In this document: piece by piece, positions 1-13,079 of the stretch
Layout of the letters: the number at the start of each line of letters is the position of its first letter
How positions within the stretch are numbered: position 1 is the first letter of the stretch
NCBI RefSeq assembly: GCF_963921235.1
Contig: NC_086108.1
Span: forward strand, 51,710,001-51,774,000
Direction: 5' to 3'
Source: Mobula hypostoma
Taxonomy: Eukaryota
DNA: 64,000 bases
The notes under the pieces: generated by a model
What the model saw: the letters and a program-made list of their open reading frames with translations, nothing else
The model's database searches: none
Told to the model about the DNA's origin: nothing
Translations under genes and position numbers: made by a program

Positions 1-971
1 CACGTATTTTCTGAGTCTTTGTCCTCCATTCAGAAGTCCCATGTGGGAGGCTATTCCAGACACCTCATGGTGCAGAAAGTTCTTCATTGCTGTTTGTCTG
101 TTTGCCATCTTGTTCACGTTTAATCAAAAATTAAGAAATGTGGGTTTCTCTGGTTTCTTGTTTTTAATTGTTTATATTGACATAAAATTAAAATGTAGAA
201 TTTGTGGGAATGGCTTGTAAGTATCCTCATCTCTCTACCTGGCTACAAAGCTCTCCCCCTAGCCCAGAGAAATCCTGGCAGTAACAAACTCAATGCTGAT
301 AACTGGCTATTGAGCTTGATACCACAGGGAAACACCCAAGCATCAGCATCTCCACAGCAATCTGTAGAGCAAATCTTTGCTTTGAGAGAGCAGTGGGAGG
401 CAGGAATTGACTGTGGTGAGGGCAAGACTCTGTGCCAGGGTCTCAACATGGCAGCATTCAGCCCCCCCTCCCCCTCTTTTGGTGCTGATTTCTTTGCTGC
501 TTTCATTCCAGAGGACCTAGAAGTCAGCAAAGTACCAATGTTGGGTGAATTCAGAATGGAACTAAGATGCAGTTAAACAAAATAATATAGTACATTGTGG
601 TAACTACAGATATTAATCTGCTAATAAACATTCACCATACATAAAGTTAGGGTGTGCCTTGTAAACTATATAAATGGCCAAGAGTCTGAACAAGAATGTG
701 TTTTTCTTTTACCACATCAGTGCTGTGTTCTCCAAGATATTTCCTGTATTTCTTAATATTATGACCAAATTGTGTAATAAAGGCTTAATGTGCAATGTCT
801 GGGAAGCATAAAACTACACAACACATTAATTTGTTCTGTTAAATTAAGGGTAACTATTAATAGAAATGAGTTGTATTTGGTTGATTATGTCAATAGGCAT
901 GTGAGTACATCTATTTTTGATTGTACTTTTGGCATGGAGTTAAATTTTTTTTTAAATATTTAATTTTTCAG

Positions 972-1338
972 ATCCTTTGATTGTTGAAAAGCCAGAAAAA
1001 TTTGGAGGAGCACCATCAAAAAACAAAAGTCGTCAGCAACTCCAGAGGGAAAGAGCATTGAACCAGCATTGTCGCAAAGCAAATGGGCACAAGGAAGTTT
1101 CTCTTATCCTTCCAGAACAACAACTGGCCAAAGCAAAGATGAACCCTCCACAAGCCATGGAGTCCCCTGCACCTGAGCTGGGACCGAAGCCAATTGTAAA
1201 AGCAGCTGATAGACAATTGACTGCACCTGAAGAAAGCTGTCAAAAAGAAATGAAAGAATCTAGTGCCAAAGCATCATGTACATTGCAGGAACCCTCTGTT
1301 AAAGAGCTATCAGCAGAACAGATCAAAGGGGTGGAATT
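972..1338 (+). CDS. GORAB: GORAB (golgin, RAB6-interacting) coding exon 2; exon 1 is upstream of the window
   Basis: Acceptor tttttcag ends at 971. Frame reads (D)PLIVEKPEK...KSRQQLQRERAL...IKGVEL. Only the donor GTTAGT at 1339 (phase 2) joins in frame to exon 3. Confidence 0.85.
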
Positions 1339-2159
1339 GTTAGTAAGTCTAGAAATAATTATTAGAAATGGTGCTTAAATACTCTTGTTGTATCTTGGTA
1401 ATGTCAAGGTTCAATCCAGCTCTCCACCACCCGCCCCCCCCACCTCAGAAAAGTCAGAAGAAACATTCGACAATGAGGTTTATATTATGTCTCATTCTAA
1501 TGTAGATACAGGAGAAAACATTCCATGCCTTTGTTACTGTCCACTTGGATCATAGCTGATCACTGTCTTGGTTTTGTTTAAAATGCCTTTGTTTCATAAA
1601 CCTTGCACAAATCCGTACAATCTCAGTTTTGGAATTGTGAATTAATCTAGCCTGAAATAAGCCCATTCTACGCCTCTTGCTGTAAAGAACAGTTTCTCAT
1701 TTTGTCTTCAGCAACCTACATCTAAAATGAAGGTTATCCCTCTTGTTCTGGGCTTCCAGCAGAGGATCTGTCTGGCCAAACATGTATTTACTCATAGCTG
1801 CCTCATTTGGATTGCCCATAAGCTGTAGTTTGCTGGCAAATGCATAGCAGATGTATCTATACTTGATGTATGCAATCTGTTTGATTCTCATTTTAATATT
1901 TTTACTGGATAGTGGTGTAATCTGCTAAAGCAGTGGTTAACCAGTTTTCAGTGAAATTAAAAGTGTTCCTAATTATAGATAACATCTGTGAAGGAAAAAG
2001 GGTAGGCAGCTGAATTTTACCTGCACTTAAGAACATTCCTATTGTATTTTGTGTGATTCTGTTACTAGTTTGAACTACAAGCTGTGACATATTGTATATT
2101 ATTTTATAGGTACTGAATTTGACCTGTAAAGTTCCTTCAATATAGTTGTTTCTCTGCAG

Positions 2160-2261
2160 GCGCGAGAGATCACGGCTAGAACAGCTGCAGCTAGAGCAGC
2201 GATTAATGGAAGAGAAGAATAAACGCAAGAAGGCACTTTTGTCGAAAGCCATTGCAGAAAG
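2160..2261 (+). CDS. GORAB: GORAB coding exon 3 (102 nt)
   Basis: Acceptor tctctgcag ends at 2159 and donor GTGTGG starts at 2262. Encodes RERSRLEQLQLEQRLMEEKNKRKKALLSKAIAER, the characteristic GORAB coiled-coil segment. Confidence 0.95.
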
Positions 2262-2709
2262 GTGTGGAATATTGATGAAGAATAAATTGACTTCCTCAGC
2301 CCCCAGAGCTTTTCGGACTACTCGGGGAGTTTGAGCTAGTATGAAAACTGGATTTTTAAAACTTAATTAGTATAGTTTGTTGAAATCTCAGGTAACAAAG
2401 GTAAACTATTTGGCCACCATCCACAAGGCTTGGTTATATAGGTAGTCTTGCAATTCTTGAAGTGAAAGATTCCATAAAGAATGAGGACTTGCCTATAGTA
2501 CAGATTAACAAATGTTTCCATATACCCCTCTGAGTGAAATGTATACTGATTTAGTTAAAGTATACATTAAATGATGAATATAATTTGTGTAACAGTTAAT
2601 TTTTCCTTGGCTACATTTAGTTTCTTAAGTTAAATGTAAATATAATCTTTTCAAAGGATGTTGTGACTTATATATACTGTGCCTTCCTGACCAATTATCT
2701 TCCTCCTAG

Positions 2710-2850
2710 GTCGAAGCAAACCATGGCAGAAACTATGAAACTAAAGCATATCCAAAAAGAGCTTCAGAGTTTGGATAACTTGTTATCGAATGGTGTTAAT
2801 GTCCTCCGGAATCGGATTGAACAGTCCAGTTTGGAATATTATCAGGCTAA
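2710..2850 (+). CDS. GORAB: GORAB coding exon 4 (141 nt)
   Basis: Acceptor cctcctag ends at 2709 and donor GTAAGA starts at 2851. Encodes SKQTMAETMKLKHIQKELQSLDNLLSNGVNVLRNRIEQSSLEYYQAK; phase 2 at both ends, consistent with neighbours. Confidence 0.95.
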
Positions 2851-3051
2851 GTAAGAATTTTTTTTTTAAGGGACAGCCCGCAATTAGTTCGATATCTAGG
2901 TAATAGTGATGCTGACCACATCAGGTAATTAATTGTTGGTGTTATATCAATAGTTTTTACTCAATTTCTGAATACAGTTCTATTCTTGGCTAATATCAGC
3001 TAACTGCATTTCCCACTGAACCATCTGCAATTATTTTTTCGTTTTGCAATG

Positions 3052-4004
3052 CAGTGGATCCCGGTTAATTGGGGCACATCGGACCAGCACATGTTGGCCC
3101 AATTAAGCGGCTGCCCCAATTATCCAAAGTTTCATGGAAATAGAACATAGAGCATAGAAATCTACAGCACATTACAAGCATCTCAGCCCACAATGTTGTG
3201 CCGACCATGTAACCTATTCTAGAAACTGCCTAGAATTTCCCTACCATGTAGCCCTCTGTTTTTCTGAGCCCCATCTAAGAGTATCTTAAAAGACTATTAT
3301 AATTAAAAAGGTGTAATAAATACAAACTACCATTTAACTGAGTAGCACATTAAGTTTTTTAAATGAAATGCAGAAAGAATTAGAACATTACCAATACTAC
3401 TACAGTACTACAGAAGTGTCTAATAGTTCCTAATAGCTATCGACAGAGGAATTCATCTAGTTAACGTTGCCATGTTCTTGTGCTTGACTGTAAATGAACA
3501 AAATCAGCGCAGAAACCTAGTGCAGATAATGGCTGCTTTCATACAATGCTTTCCATGATTGCATTCTCCAAATCTTCATTTTCGTCGTAACATTCAAGAT
3601 GATTGCTGATAACCTTCAAATTCTTCATAGTTCCTAACTTGCTGAGGAAATGATTTCATTTTCATTCCCAGCCAATTTTGGTATTTCCAAGCCTGAATGC
3701 TTGAAGCGGTAGTGTGCAAAACCGTTCTGAATTGTCCAACTGCTTATTTCTCACCAACAAATCGCTGCTTTTTGAATACATGCAACACTTTAGGCTTGGT
3801 AGAGTGTCTAACGGCGACACAGGTGCACACAACTGACGCTCGTTACAAACTGTTCAGCAACAGTCTCCTGTCCCAATTAAGTGGCATGGTGTCCCAAATA
3901 AAGGGAATCCCAGCTATTTTCTTGATTTTTTTTATTCTTTAAGAGTTGTCACAGATAAGTAGCTGTCCCGATAAACCAATGGCCCAATTTACTGGAATCC
4001 ATTG
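3052..4004. mobile_element. Non-autonomous Tc1/mariner (Tigger/pogo-like) DNA transposon in GORAB intron 4
   Basis: Imperfect TIRs CAGTGGATCCCGGTTAATTGGG and CCCAATTTACTGGAATCCATTG. TA follows the right end and TG precedes the left end. Subterminal CCCAATTAA-like motifs are reiterated; no transposase ORF. Confidence 0.7.
3141..3295 (-). mobile_element. CR1-like LINE 3' tail nested in the Tigger-like element
   Basis: ATAGAACATAG...CTACAGCAC...CCCACAATG...TAGCCCTCT matches the tail at 57055-57200 and the reverse complement of 20450-20590. Confidence 0.75.
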
Positions 4005-5249
4005 TATTTAAAAGGACTGAGTAGCTTTCAACTATTGATGGATTTTGATCTTAGCAATATGTCAGGAAATTTCTATATTTTTCAGATTGTTGAGTCAAAG
4101 TTATAGCCAAAATAAATATTTCACCATGCAATTATTATAGTTATTAAAGTGGATTGCTGTCTTAGGTGGACATTTGCTAAACTTTTTTTAAGGCTACTTA
4201 AAAAAAATTACATTTAGATTAGAAATGTAATAGAAAGGAAATATTCTATTGAAATTTTACACTTGGAACAGTTATGACTTGTTATAAAAGTATCATGTTG
4301 GTCCTGCAACACAACTCTTGATGACCTTTACAATAAAAACACATGCTAGTTTACATACAAGTATGTGCTTATATGTATATATATTTCAGTATATTTTTAA
4401 AAAAACTCGTGCCTATTTTGTTTTCCAGGTTTAAATATGAACTTGGACAAGACCAGAATGATAAACTGAGTCCAAGCAATATCAGTTATTTAGATCAAAT
4501 GAGACTTTGTTTAACTACTTGTCACTAACCACCGTTATTTTCTTAAAAAAAATCAGTTATGAATTTGCCAATGCTAGTTCCATTGAGCAGATCTTGAGAA
4601 ATAAAACTCTTTACCAAAAGAGATGCATTATGCAATGAATCCCATTGTCAGCAGTTCATATGGTCACCCTTTGCCTTACCAGGCAATTAAATCAGGAAAA
4701 ACCTGTCCCCATTGTTTTCCCCTTAGTTAATAAAGAGAATATGACAGAGTACAAGATGACATTACAGATTTGTCAAATTGATGTTTAAAAGACAATTATT
4801 TTCAAGGTAGCTAAATTTCAAGTAGTGCATTTTGATGGGAAGAATCAGATGGCATGTTGCTTGGATCATCTAGGTGGCAGAGTAAACCATCTAGTAGTGT
4901 AACTATATAGTATGTATTGCCAACATTTTCTTTTATTTCATTGCTTTGACTCGGATCAGGCAACATTTGTGAGAGAGAAACAGTTTGTATTTTGGGCCAT
5001 TCAGAACTGGAAATAAATTGTTTAAAGGTGAAGATCAGGAAGAAGGAGAACAGAAAGGGAAATATGAAAGGTGTAATAAAGGTTAATAACAAAAGAGATA
5101 GTAATACAGATTTTGATGAAGTGAATTAAAAGTAAGTATATGGCAGTTGCCGGAGGGCTTGAAAGGTGAGAGGGTTTTTGAGAGAGTAGAAAGTGTACAG
5201 TGTTATTTAAATTGGTGGAGTGATTTGCGGGACCTCAGAACATCTTTGG

Positions 5250-6360
5250 CAGACAAGATTGAGGAAAATTGAAGTATTTTGTAAGTATATCGAGGGCAAG
5301 AGGGTAATCAGGGAAAGATCCGGATCTATTAGGGAACAAATGGTAATCAGAGAATATGGGTGACATCTCAAATAAATTGTTGTCAATTGAGAAGCATGTC
5401 ATTGTAGTTGGAAAAGTCAGAAGGCAGTATCAAAGATCTTAATGGGCTTTCCAGTGGAGAAATCACTAAGACCTTGTATCCCAGGCTGCTATGTAAGTTA
5501 GGAAAGGAAATTGCTGCAGTCCTGGTAGATCTTTAAATCTTTGGCCGCTAGTGAGGTGCCAAATGCTGAAAGACCGCAAATATGGTCCCCTTACTCGAGA
5601 AGAGTAGCAGGGGAATAAGCCAGATAACTGCAGGCTCTTGAGTCCAATGTCAATAGTAAGTTATTGGAACAAATTGAAGGAGAGTATTATTCTGAAATTG
5701 GAAAGGCAGAGATTAATCAAAAATAGCGTGATTTTGTTGTGGATTATCCTGTGAATTTCTCAGAGGTAACGAACTGTATTGATAGGGGCAATGTCATTGA
5801 TGTAGGCTACCTGGACTTCACTTGGGCCTTTGTCAGGGGCCCACACGTCCCTCGTGACAGGGAAGACTAGTTCAAAGGTTGTACCTCACGAAATACGGAG
5901 CAAATTGGATCCAAAATGGGAAGAACAGGGTGATAAGTAGAGCACTTTGTTTGTAATTAGAATCCTGTGATTAGTGGTGTACCACAAGGAATACTGCTGG
6001 GATTCCTACACACTAACAATTCAATTATGAACGTAGGGGGTTTAATGAGTTTGTAGATGACACAAAAGTTAGTAATGTTGTTAATGAGGATAATTGCTGA
6101 CTGCAGAATAATATTGATCAGTTGGTATTAAGAATAGATCAGTAACAGATGGAATTTAATCCTGATAAGTATGAGGTGATGGAGCATATTACAATAAGAA
6201 GCAGCAGAGGTTAATAGCAAGGAGGGAAAACTATATTCAGCACACCAGAAGGATAGGATGAAGAGGGTGAGAGCAGGCTTACTGGGATATAAATGGTGGC
6301 CAAGGACAGATATACAAAATATGTTTCTTTGTTGTAACTTGATGAAACTCACTGCAGGTC
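5250..6360 (+). mobile_element. Highly decayed CR1-like LINE fragment (RT region)
   Basis: Degenerate matches to the CR1 copies elsewhere in the window (gatgtaggctacctggacttc, agtggtgtaccacaagga, tttgtagatgacacaaaa, atggaatttaatcctgataag). Confidence 0.7.
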
Positions 6361-7020
6361 TATTCACAATTTTAAAAATAATTTTAAATTAAGCATCATT
6401 ATATTTACTATCAGTACAATATTGCACATAATGTATTTATGAGTCAGCAAACCTGCAATTTGAAGACGGGATTGAGAGATTAATTTGTTTAACGAGATAC
6501 TGTTCTTGCGTTAGTGTTGCCCTTAATCTCTATTATCACATTTTTAAATAATCAAAGGTCACGTTCATTGGATGGATTTTCAAGAACACAAATGTTGTCC
6601 TATTATATATTGTTGTCACAAACAATTCTATGCTGATACTGAGTTTAAGACTCTACTGTATGACTAGAGAGTGCAGAAGAATTCATTTGAAAGATGGTCA
6701 TTGTTACCACTCCTGTATGCAGCACATGATGGACAAACTTTGGTGCACCAGCTAATGAGGCAATCGCTATCCCATGTTGATTTACTACAGGCTCATACTG
6801 GCCTGCTGGTAAACTCCCATGCTGGTTCCCCACCAATTAGCTTGATTTTTGCTATAAACTGCAGAGGAAGATCTGTTAGGGCTCCTTGCAAAAGAATATT
6901 CATGGCCCCTGTGCATTTTGTTGCAACTGTTTTAATGGCTTTAGATGATTTTTCCACAGTATTGCCTTAACAGAGAATAACATGCATCTTGCTCATTGTG
7001 TGTCCTTTCCTGGCCCTCAG

Positions 7021-7483
7021 GAAGAGGTATGATAAAGCAGAAGTGGAATATGTTGCAGCTAAACTAGATCTACACAAGAAGATTGAACTGAAGGAGCAGC
7101 TGACTGAACATTTGTGTGCCATAATCCAGCAGAATGAATTACGCAAAGCTAAGAAGCTGGAGGAGCTGATGCGGCAGCTAGAAATGGAGGCAGATGAGGA
7201 GCAACTAGAGTTAGAGATTGAAGTGGAAAACATTTTGCAAAAGGAAGAACTACCCAAGGCATCTGATCAGACCAATACAGGAAGTGAAGAAGCAGCACAC
7301 CAGACAATTCAAGAGGAGGGCAGCCAGAGTCATACATTTAAAAAGCAGATTGAAAATGAAGTGGAGAGCACTGCTACTTGCAACACAGGCAGGGGTAATT
7401 TAAAGGACGCATTTCAAATTCAAGAAACTGAGAAATTGAATCCTCAAGCTCCAGAGAAAATCCAAACAGTTGCTAGAACTTGA
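7021..7483 (+). CDS. GORAB: GORAB last coding exon (exon 5) to stop codon
   Basis: Acceptor ggccctcag ends at 7020. Encodes [17 protein letters not shown]...[34 protein letters not shown]..., with TGA at 7481-7483. Confidence 0.95.
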
Positions 7484-7672
7484 ATATGTGTTAAGGTGTT
7501 CCATAAGTAAATATAGGTAAAATTATTGCCAACTTCCATAATATTGTCAATGTGCAGAAACTGAACTCAACTTATTTATTTTTAAGTATGGCTAAATGTT
7601 CCTTTTGATTGTAATTTCCTATATTTTACCACCAGTTCAATCTTTAGAACAAAATTTGAATTTTGGATGAAA

Positions 7673-7678
7673 AATAAA
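7673..7678 (+). promoter_or_regulatory. Candidate GORAB polyadenylation signal
   Basis: AATAAA about 190 nt downstream of the stop codon; usage not verifiable from sequence. Confidence 0.35.
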
Positions 7679-9349
7679 TCATATTCAATATATGGGCTAG
7701 AAAGGTGACCTGAAACATGAGACACTACAAGTTTTCTTCACTTGATTAATTACTTGATCCCACATTTTGGTAAACTATAATATGTGCAATATTGTTCTTC
7801 CAAACACTGTTTATCAAATGTAACCAGACAAATTTTTGAGACTGGCTTGAGGACCTCTCAATTTTATAAAAGTTTCTTTTAAAGAAAGCATGAATATACT
7901 ATTGTCATTTATCTCTTGAAGTATATTGTCATCTGTCATCAATTTATAACAATACTTCCATTTTTCTTTAAATACTTTCACATAATGGCTTATAGAATTT
8001 ATCAAAGATCGCAACACCTTATGTAATTCTTGATGAATTGATTACTGACCTTCCATCCTTTTTTAAAATGTAATTATTCATTTGCTTAAAAGCTTTATTA
8101 CAGTAGTAGATTACTGCAGAATTTACATGAATACACTAAGACTTTATTTTTACTGTAAATATATTTTTATATAATGTTCAATTACGCACCTTAACCAAAT
8201 CAGAAAGGAGAACAATGAACTGGGTATTTGGAAGCAAGTTATTTTATTGATCTTAAAAATATCAATTCAGTCAATTAGATTCTACTAAAATGAACAAAAT
8301 CTTGTCTGTGATGTTTATTTAAAGCCTTTGCATTTGGTAACTCGACAATTTTTGATTTTGCATTATCATCAATCATCTTCCTCTAATACATGTTATTCAT
8401 ATCACCATTTGTTGTGACAGGTTGCTGTATACTAATTTGTGTATTTATTCCTAAACCTGCTTAATTGGTTTGTTCCTGGGATTTAAATGGAAGACAAAGA
8501 TGGTTGAAGAATATGTATATGATATGTTGCATTTGTACTTGTTCTGAGCTTGCTCACTTAGAACTTGTTTTACTCTATTGGTGCATTGATTCAGAATTGA
8601 CCTGTAATTACAGATTAGTGGTTCTGCAATCCTTGTAGCTAAAAATGAAAGTTTCTTTTTGATCCTGAAGTACGATTTTGTTTGTTTTATTTGTCCACAA
8701 ATATTATTTTCAGATTGACTTAATTTATAACTTCCACGCATGCAAGTATCCATTAGATACTTTACACAATTGTACCTTGGTATTGTCAGAGCTCAAACTA
8801 AAGCTGAAACTTGGTTTCATCAGATGTACACATGTAAGTACATCTTTCAATTTTAATATGAATTAGTGGCCTGACGAGTTGTTGTCTCATCCTAAATCAC
8901 CATTTTCTTGATGTTAAAAAAAGAACTCCCTAAATTCTGTGCAAATTATTGTTTTGCAGCAGGAGTCGGTGTGTGAAATTTAGAAAAATCACTTGATTTG
9001 ACTTCTAACAATATCTTTCCAAATTTGAGGTTAAGTCAAGTGCACAGCTACTTCAATTTGTGACCTGTTGGTCTTATTCCTCACTCCATACGCTTTACAC
9101 AAAAATTTTTTTGTGAACTAACCCTCTATGTCTAAATTGTCATTTCTGCCTTAATGAATGAAAGCTTGCATTCTATCTATCTCTTTTCCTGACATTTGGA
9201 TGCTCGTACTTTGAAGCACCCCAGGGAATATGAACCAAGCAAGTACCAAACTAAATAGTTGTATTTTAAACATGCATCTAGAATGAGTTAAATGTACAAT
9301 TGGATAATTTGGGGATTTTGAGTTTTGAGTTTCTTTAGATTTTTTTTTA

Positions 9350-11730
9350 GATGAGGAACATTTAGGAGGCAGTGATCATAATATGATAGAATTCACCATG
9401 CAATTTGAAAGCGAGAAGCTAAACTCAAATGTATCAGTGTTACAGTGGAGTGAGCAGAATGATGAGGCGTGAGAGAAGAGCTGGGCAAAATTAGTTGGAA
9501 AGGTACACAGTTCAGGATGATGGCAGGGCAGCAATGGCTGGAGTTTATGCGAGCAATTCAGAAGGCACAGGATAGATGGATTCATACCAAAGACGTAGAA
9601 GAATTCTAAACGTGGGGTGATGCAGGCAAGGCTGACAAAGGAAGACTAAGCCAACGTCAAAACAAAAGAGAGGGCGTATAATAGAGCAAAAATTAGTGGG
9701 AAGATAGAGGATAGGAAAGCCTTTAAAAGTCAATAGAAAGCAACTTAAAAAGCCAAAAGGAGGGAAAATATGAAATATGGAGGTAAACTAGCCAATAATA
9801 TCAAAGATACCAGATGTTTTTTCATATATAAAAAGAGTAAAAGAATTGAGAGTAGGTAGCGGACTGCTGGAAAATTAAGTTAGAGAGATAGTATTGGAGG
9901 ACAAGGAAATGGCAGATGGACTGAATAATTATTTTGCATCAGTCTTCCATGTGGAAGACGTTAGCAGTATGCAAGAAGTTTAAAAGTGTAAGGGGGCAAA
10001 TGTGAGTGTGACTGCTATTAACAGGGAGAAAGTGCTTGGGAAATTGAAAGGTCTGAAGGAGATAAATCTCCTGGACCAGATGGACTACACCACAAAATTT
10101 CGAAAGATGTAGCTTTAGTAAAGCTCTTTCAAGAATCACTGGATCATGGATCTGGAGGACTGGAAAATTGCAAATATCACTCCATTCTTCAAGAAGGGAA
10201 AGAGGCAGAAGAAAGGAAATTATAAGACAGTTGTCTTGGCCTCAGTGATTGGGAAGATGTTGGAGTCCATTATTAAGGATGAGGTTTTGAGGTACTTGGA
10301 GGCGCATGATAAAATAGGCTGAAGTCAGGATGGTTTCCTTAAGGGGAAATCTTGCCTGACAAAATCTGTTGGAATTCTTTGAAGAAATAGCAAGCAAGAC
10401 AGACAAAGGAAAATCGGTGAATGTTGTCTACTTGGATTTTCAGATGGCCCTTGACAAGGTGCTGCACATGAGGCTGCTTAGCAAGATGAGAGCCCATGGT
10501 TTTACATAGTCATAGGCATACTTTATTGATCCCGAGGGAAATTGGGTTTCGTTACAGTTGCACCAACCAAGAATAGAGTAAAAATATAGCAATATAAAAC
10601 CATAAATAATTAAATAATATGTAAATTATGCCAGGAAGTAAGTCCTGAAGTAAGGAAATAAGTCCTTTACAAGAAAGATACTAGCATGGATAGGGCATTG
10701 GTTGATTGGCAAGAGGCAAAGAGTGGGAATAAAGGGAGCCTTTTCTGATTGCCTGCTGGTGACTAGTGATGTTTCGCGCGGGGGGGGGCAGAGCAGGTGT
10801 AGGGATTGCTTTTTACATTGTAAGTCAATGATTTGGGTGAGGGAATTGATGACTTTGTGGCCAACTTTGCAGATAATACAAAGACAGATGGAAGGGCTGG
10901 TAGTGTTGAAGCAGGGAGGTTGCACAAGGACGGACAGATTAGGAGGATGGGCAAAGAAGTGGCAAATGCAATACAGTGTTGGGAAGTGTATGATAATGCA
11001 CTTTGGTAGAAGGATAAAAGTGTAGATTAGTTTCTAAACGTGAAAATTCAGAAGTCAGGTACTTGGGAGTCCTCATGAGGATTCCCTAAAAGTTAACTTA
11101 CAGGTTGAGTTGCTGGTGAGGAAGCCAAATGCAATGTTAGCATTCATTTCGAGAGGGCTAGGATATAAAACCGGAGATCTTGGTACTGGTGAGGCCTGAC
11201 AGAGTATTGTGAGCCATTTAGTGCTTCTTAGCTAAGAAAGGATGTGCTGATGTTAGACAGGGTTCAAAGGAGGTCCACGAAAATGATTCAGGGAAGGAAA
11301 GGGTTAAATGAAGAGTGTTTGATGGCTCTGGGCCTGTACTTGTTGGGATTTAGAAGAATGAGGGGGGAATCTCATTGAAACCTATCAAACGAAAGGCCTA
11401 GATAGAGTGGATGGGGAGAGGATGTTTCCTATAGTTGGAGGAGTCTAGAACCAGGGGCACAACCTCAGAATAGAGAGGCATCCACTTAGAATCGAGATGA
11501 GGAGGAATTTCTTTAGCTAGAGGGTGATGAATCTGGAATCCATTGCCACAGGTGGCTGTAGGGCGCCAGGTCATTGAGTGTCTTTAAGGCAGAGGTTGAT
11601 AGATTCTTGATGTCACGGCATGAAAGTTTACAGGGAGAAGGCAGGCAAATGGGGTTGAGAGGGAAATGGATCAGCCATAATCAAATAGCAGAGTGGACTC
11701 AATGGGCCGAATAGCCTAATTGTCTTATGT
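9350..11730 (+). mobile_element. Decayed CR1-like LINE (ORF2 RT through 3' tail)
   Basis: RT remnants GF..GKSCLT and WAKKWQMQYSVGKC..MHFG; many stops and frameshifts; 3' tail GGGCCGAATAGCCTAATT. Confidence 0.85.
10507..10665 (-). mobile_element. Short LINE-tail-like insertion inside the CR1 copy
   Basis: Flanked by TTTACA (10501-10506 and 10666-10671). Removing it restores the CR1 sequence seen uninterrupted at about 13860-13890. Confidence 0.7.
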
Positions 11731-13079
11731 CTTGTGATCTTATTGTGTTCCTTGCCTGTCGTGTGATTGGTAAACATTATTTTTGTTTGGGTTGGGGAAT
11801 CAAGAAATAGAGGAGATTTAATTGGGCAGTCCAATGTGACCAGAGAGTAGTCAGTAAATGAAATGCTGCCAGAGGAAGTGGTTGAGGCAGGTACATTAAT
11901 AACATTTAAAAGGCACTTGGATGGGTATATGGCTCGGAAAGGTTTAGAGGGATATGAGCCAAATGCAGGGCAGATGGGACTGGGGTCGATAGAAATCTTG
12001 GTCTGCGTGAACTAGTTAAGCCAAAGAGCCTGATTCCATGCTCTATGACCGAGACATTCCTGAGCATTCGATATGGAGTACTTTCACCAAAGGTCCTACA
12101 GTAGCTCAGGAAGACTGTTGACTACTACCACCACCTTGAGTGCCTATAGGAATGGGGACTACTGAATACTGACTTCACCAGTGATGTCCATGTGCCAGTG
12201 AAGAAATGTAAAAATATGATACTTTCTGATCCAGAAGTTGTCACTTCTCGGATCTCTGCCCTTCAATATAATGTTACAACATTCCAGGACCTCAATGATT
12301 CAAGTATCTCACTTGATAACTATCCTCTAGTACTTTAAATCTAAACCCTAGGATAACACTTTTGCTTTTAAATAGTTTGTCCGTGCTCATGTTCCAATTT
12401 TCCCTTTTATCCCTCTGCTCCAGGCATAGAATTCTCAGAGGACTGTTTAAAGCAACTTTTCAATTATCAAGATAGGATTCAGATTATTGATTGTTTAGTC
12501 CCTAGAGAATGGCTTTATTTAGCATATGTAACCAAATCTTCTTTTAAAAAAGCATTAAAATCTAACCACAAGATTTTTTTTTAAGTCCTGAAATCTATGG
12601 AACTGCTTGTTTTCCTCACACTTTGCTTGTTTTTAATAATGTAATGTTTGAATGTATTTTTAAATGTTCCAGTTGAATTCAGAGCAGGAATTTTTAAAAA
12701 TATGGGATATCTAATATCTTGCTCTCCCCTCCTTTTCTCTAACTTTGTCTTCAGATCAATGATTCCCTTCAGAGATCTGGAATGAAGCTTTCTTAGCTCT
12801 GTTAACTTTTCAAATTAGTCCGTCCCATACCAATTGGAGTAGGAGCAAGCGTATGCTCAGACCTCCAAATCTGCTACGCATTTCAGAATGGCTGATTGGA
12901 TTGTAATCTCAAATTCACATTGGTGTCTATCCATAGTAAGCCGTCCCCCACTCGTTTATCAAGGAGCTTTTTATCTCTACTTTTAAAATATTCAAAGATT
13001 CTGATTTGGAAGAGAGTACTAAAGACTTACAACCATCTGAAGAAAAAAACTCATCTATCTTAAATGGTCAACTCCTTAC

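Noticed and set aside
202..576. 124-aa ORF and overlapping antisense ORF in GORAB intron 1
   Set aside because: Non-ATG start, no recognisable domain, and no resemblance to the short GORAB first exon; likely chance or decayed repeat.
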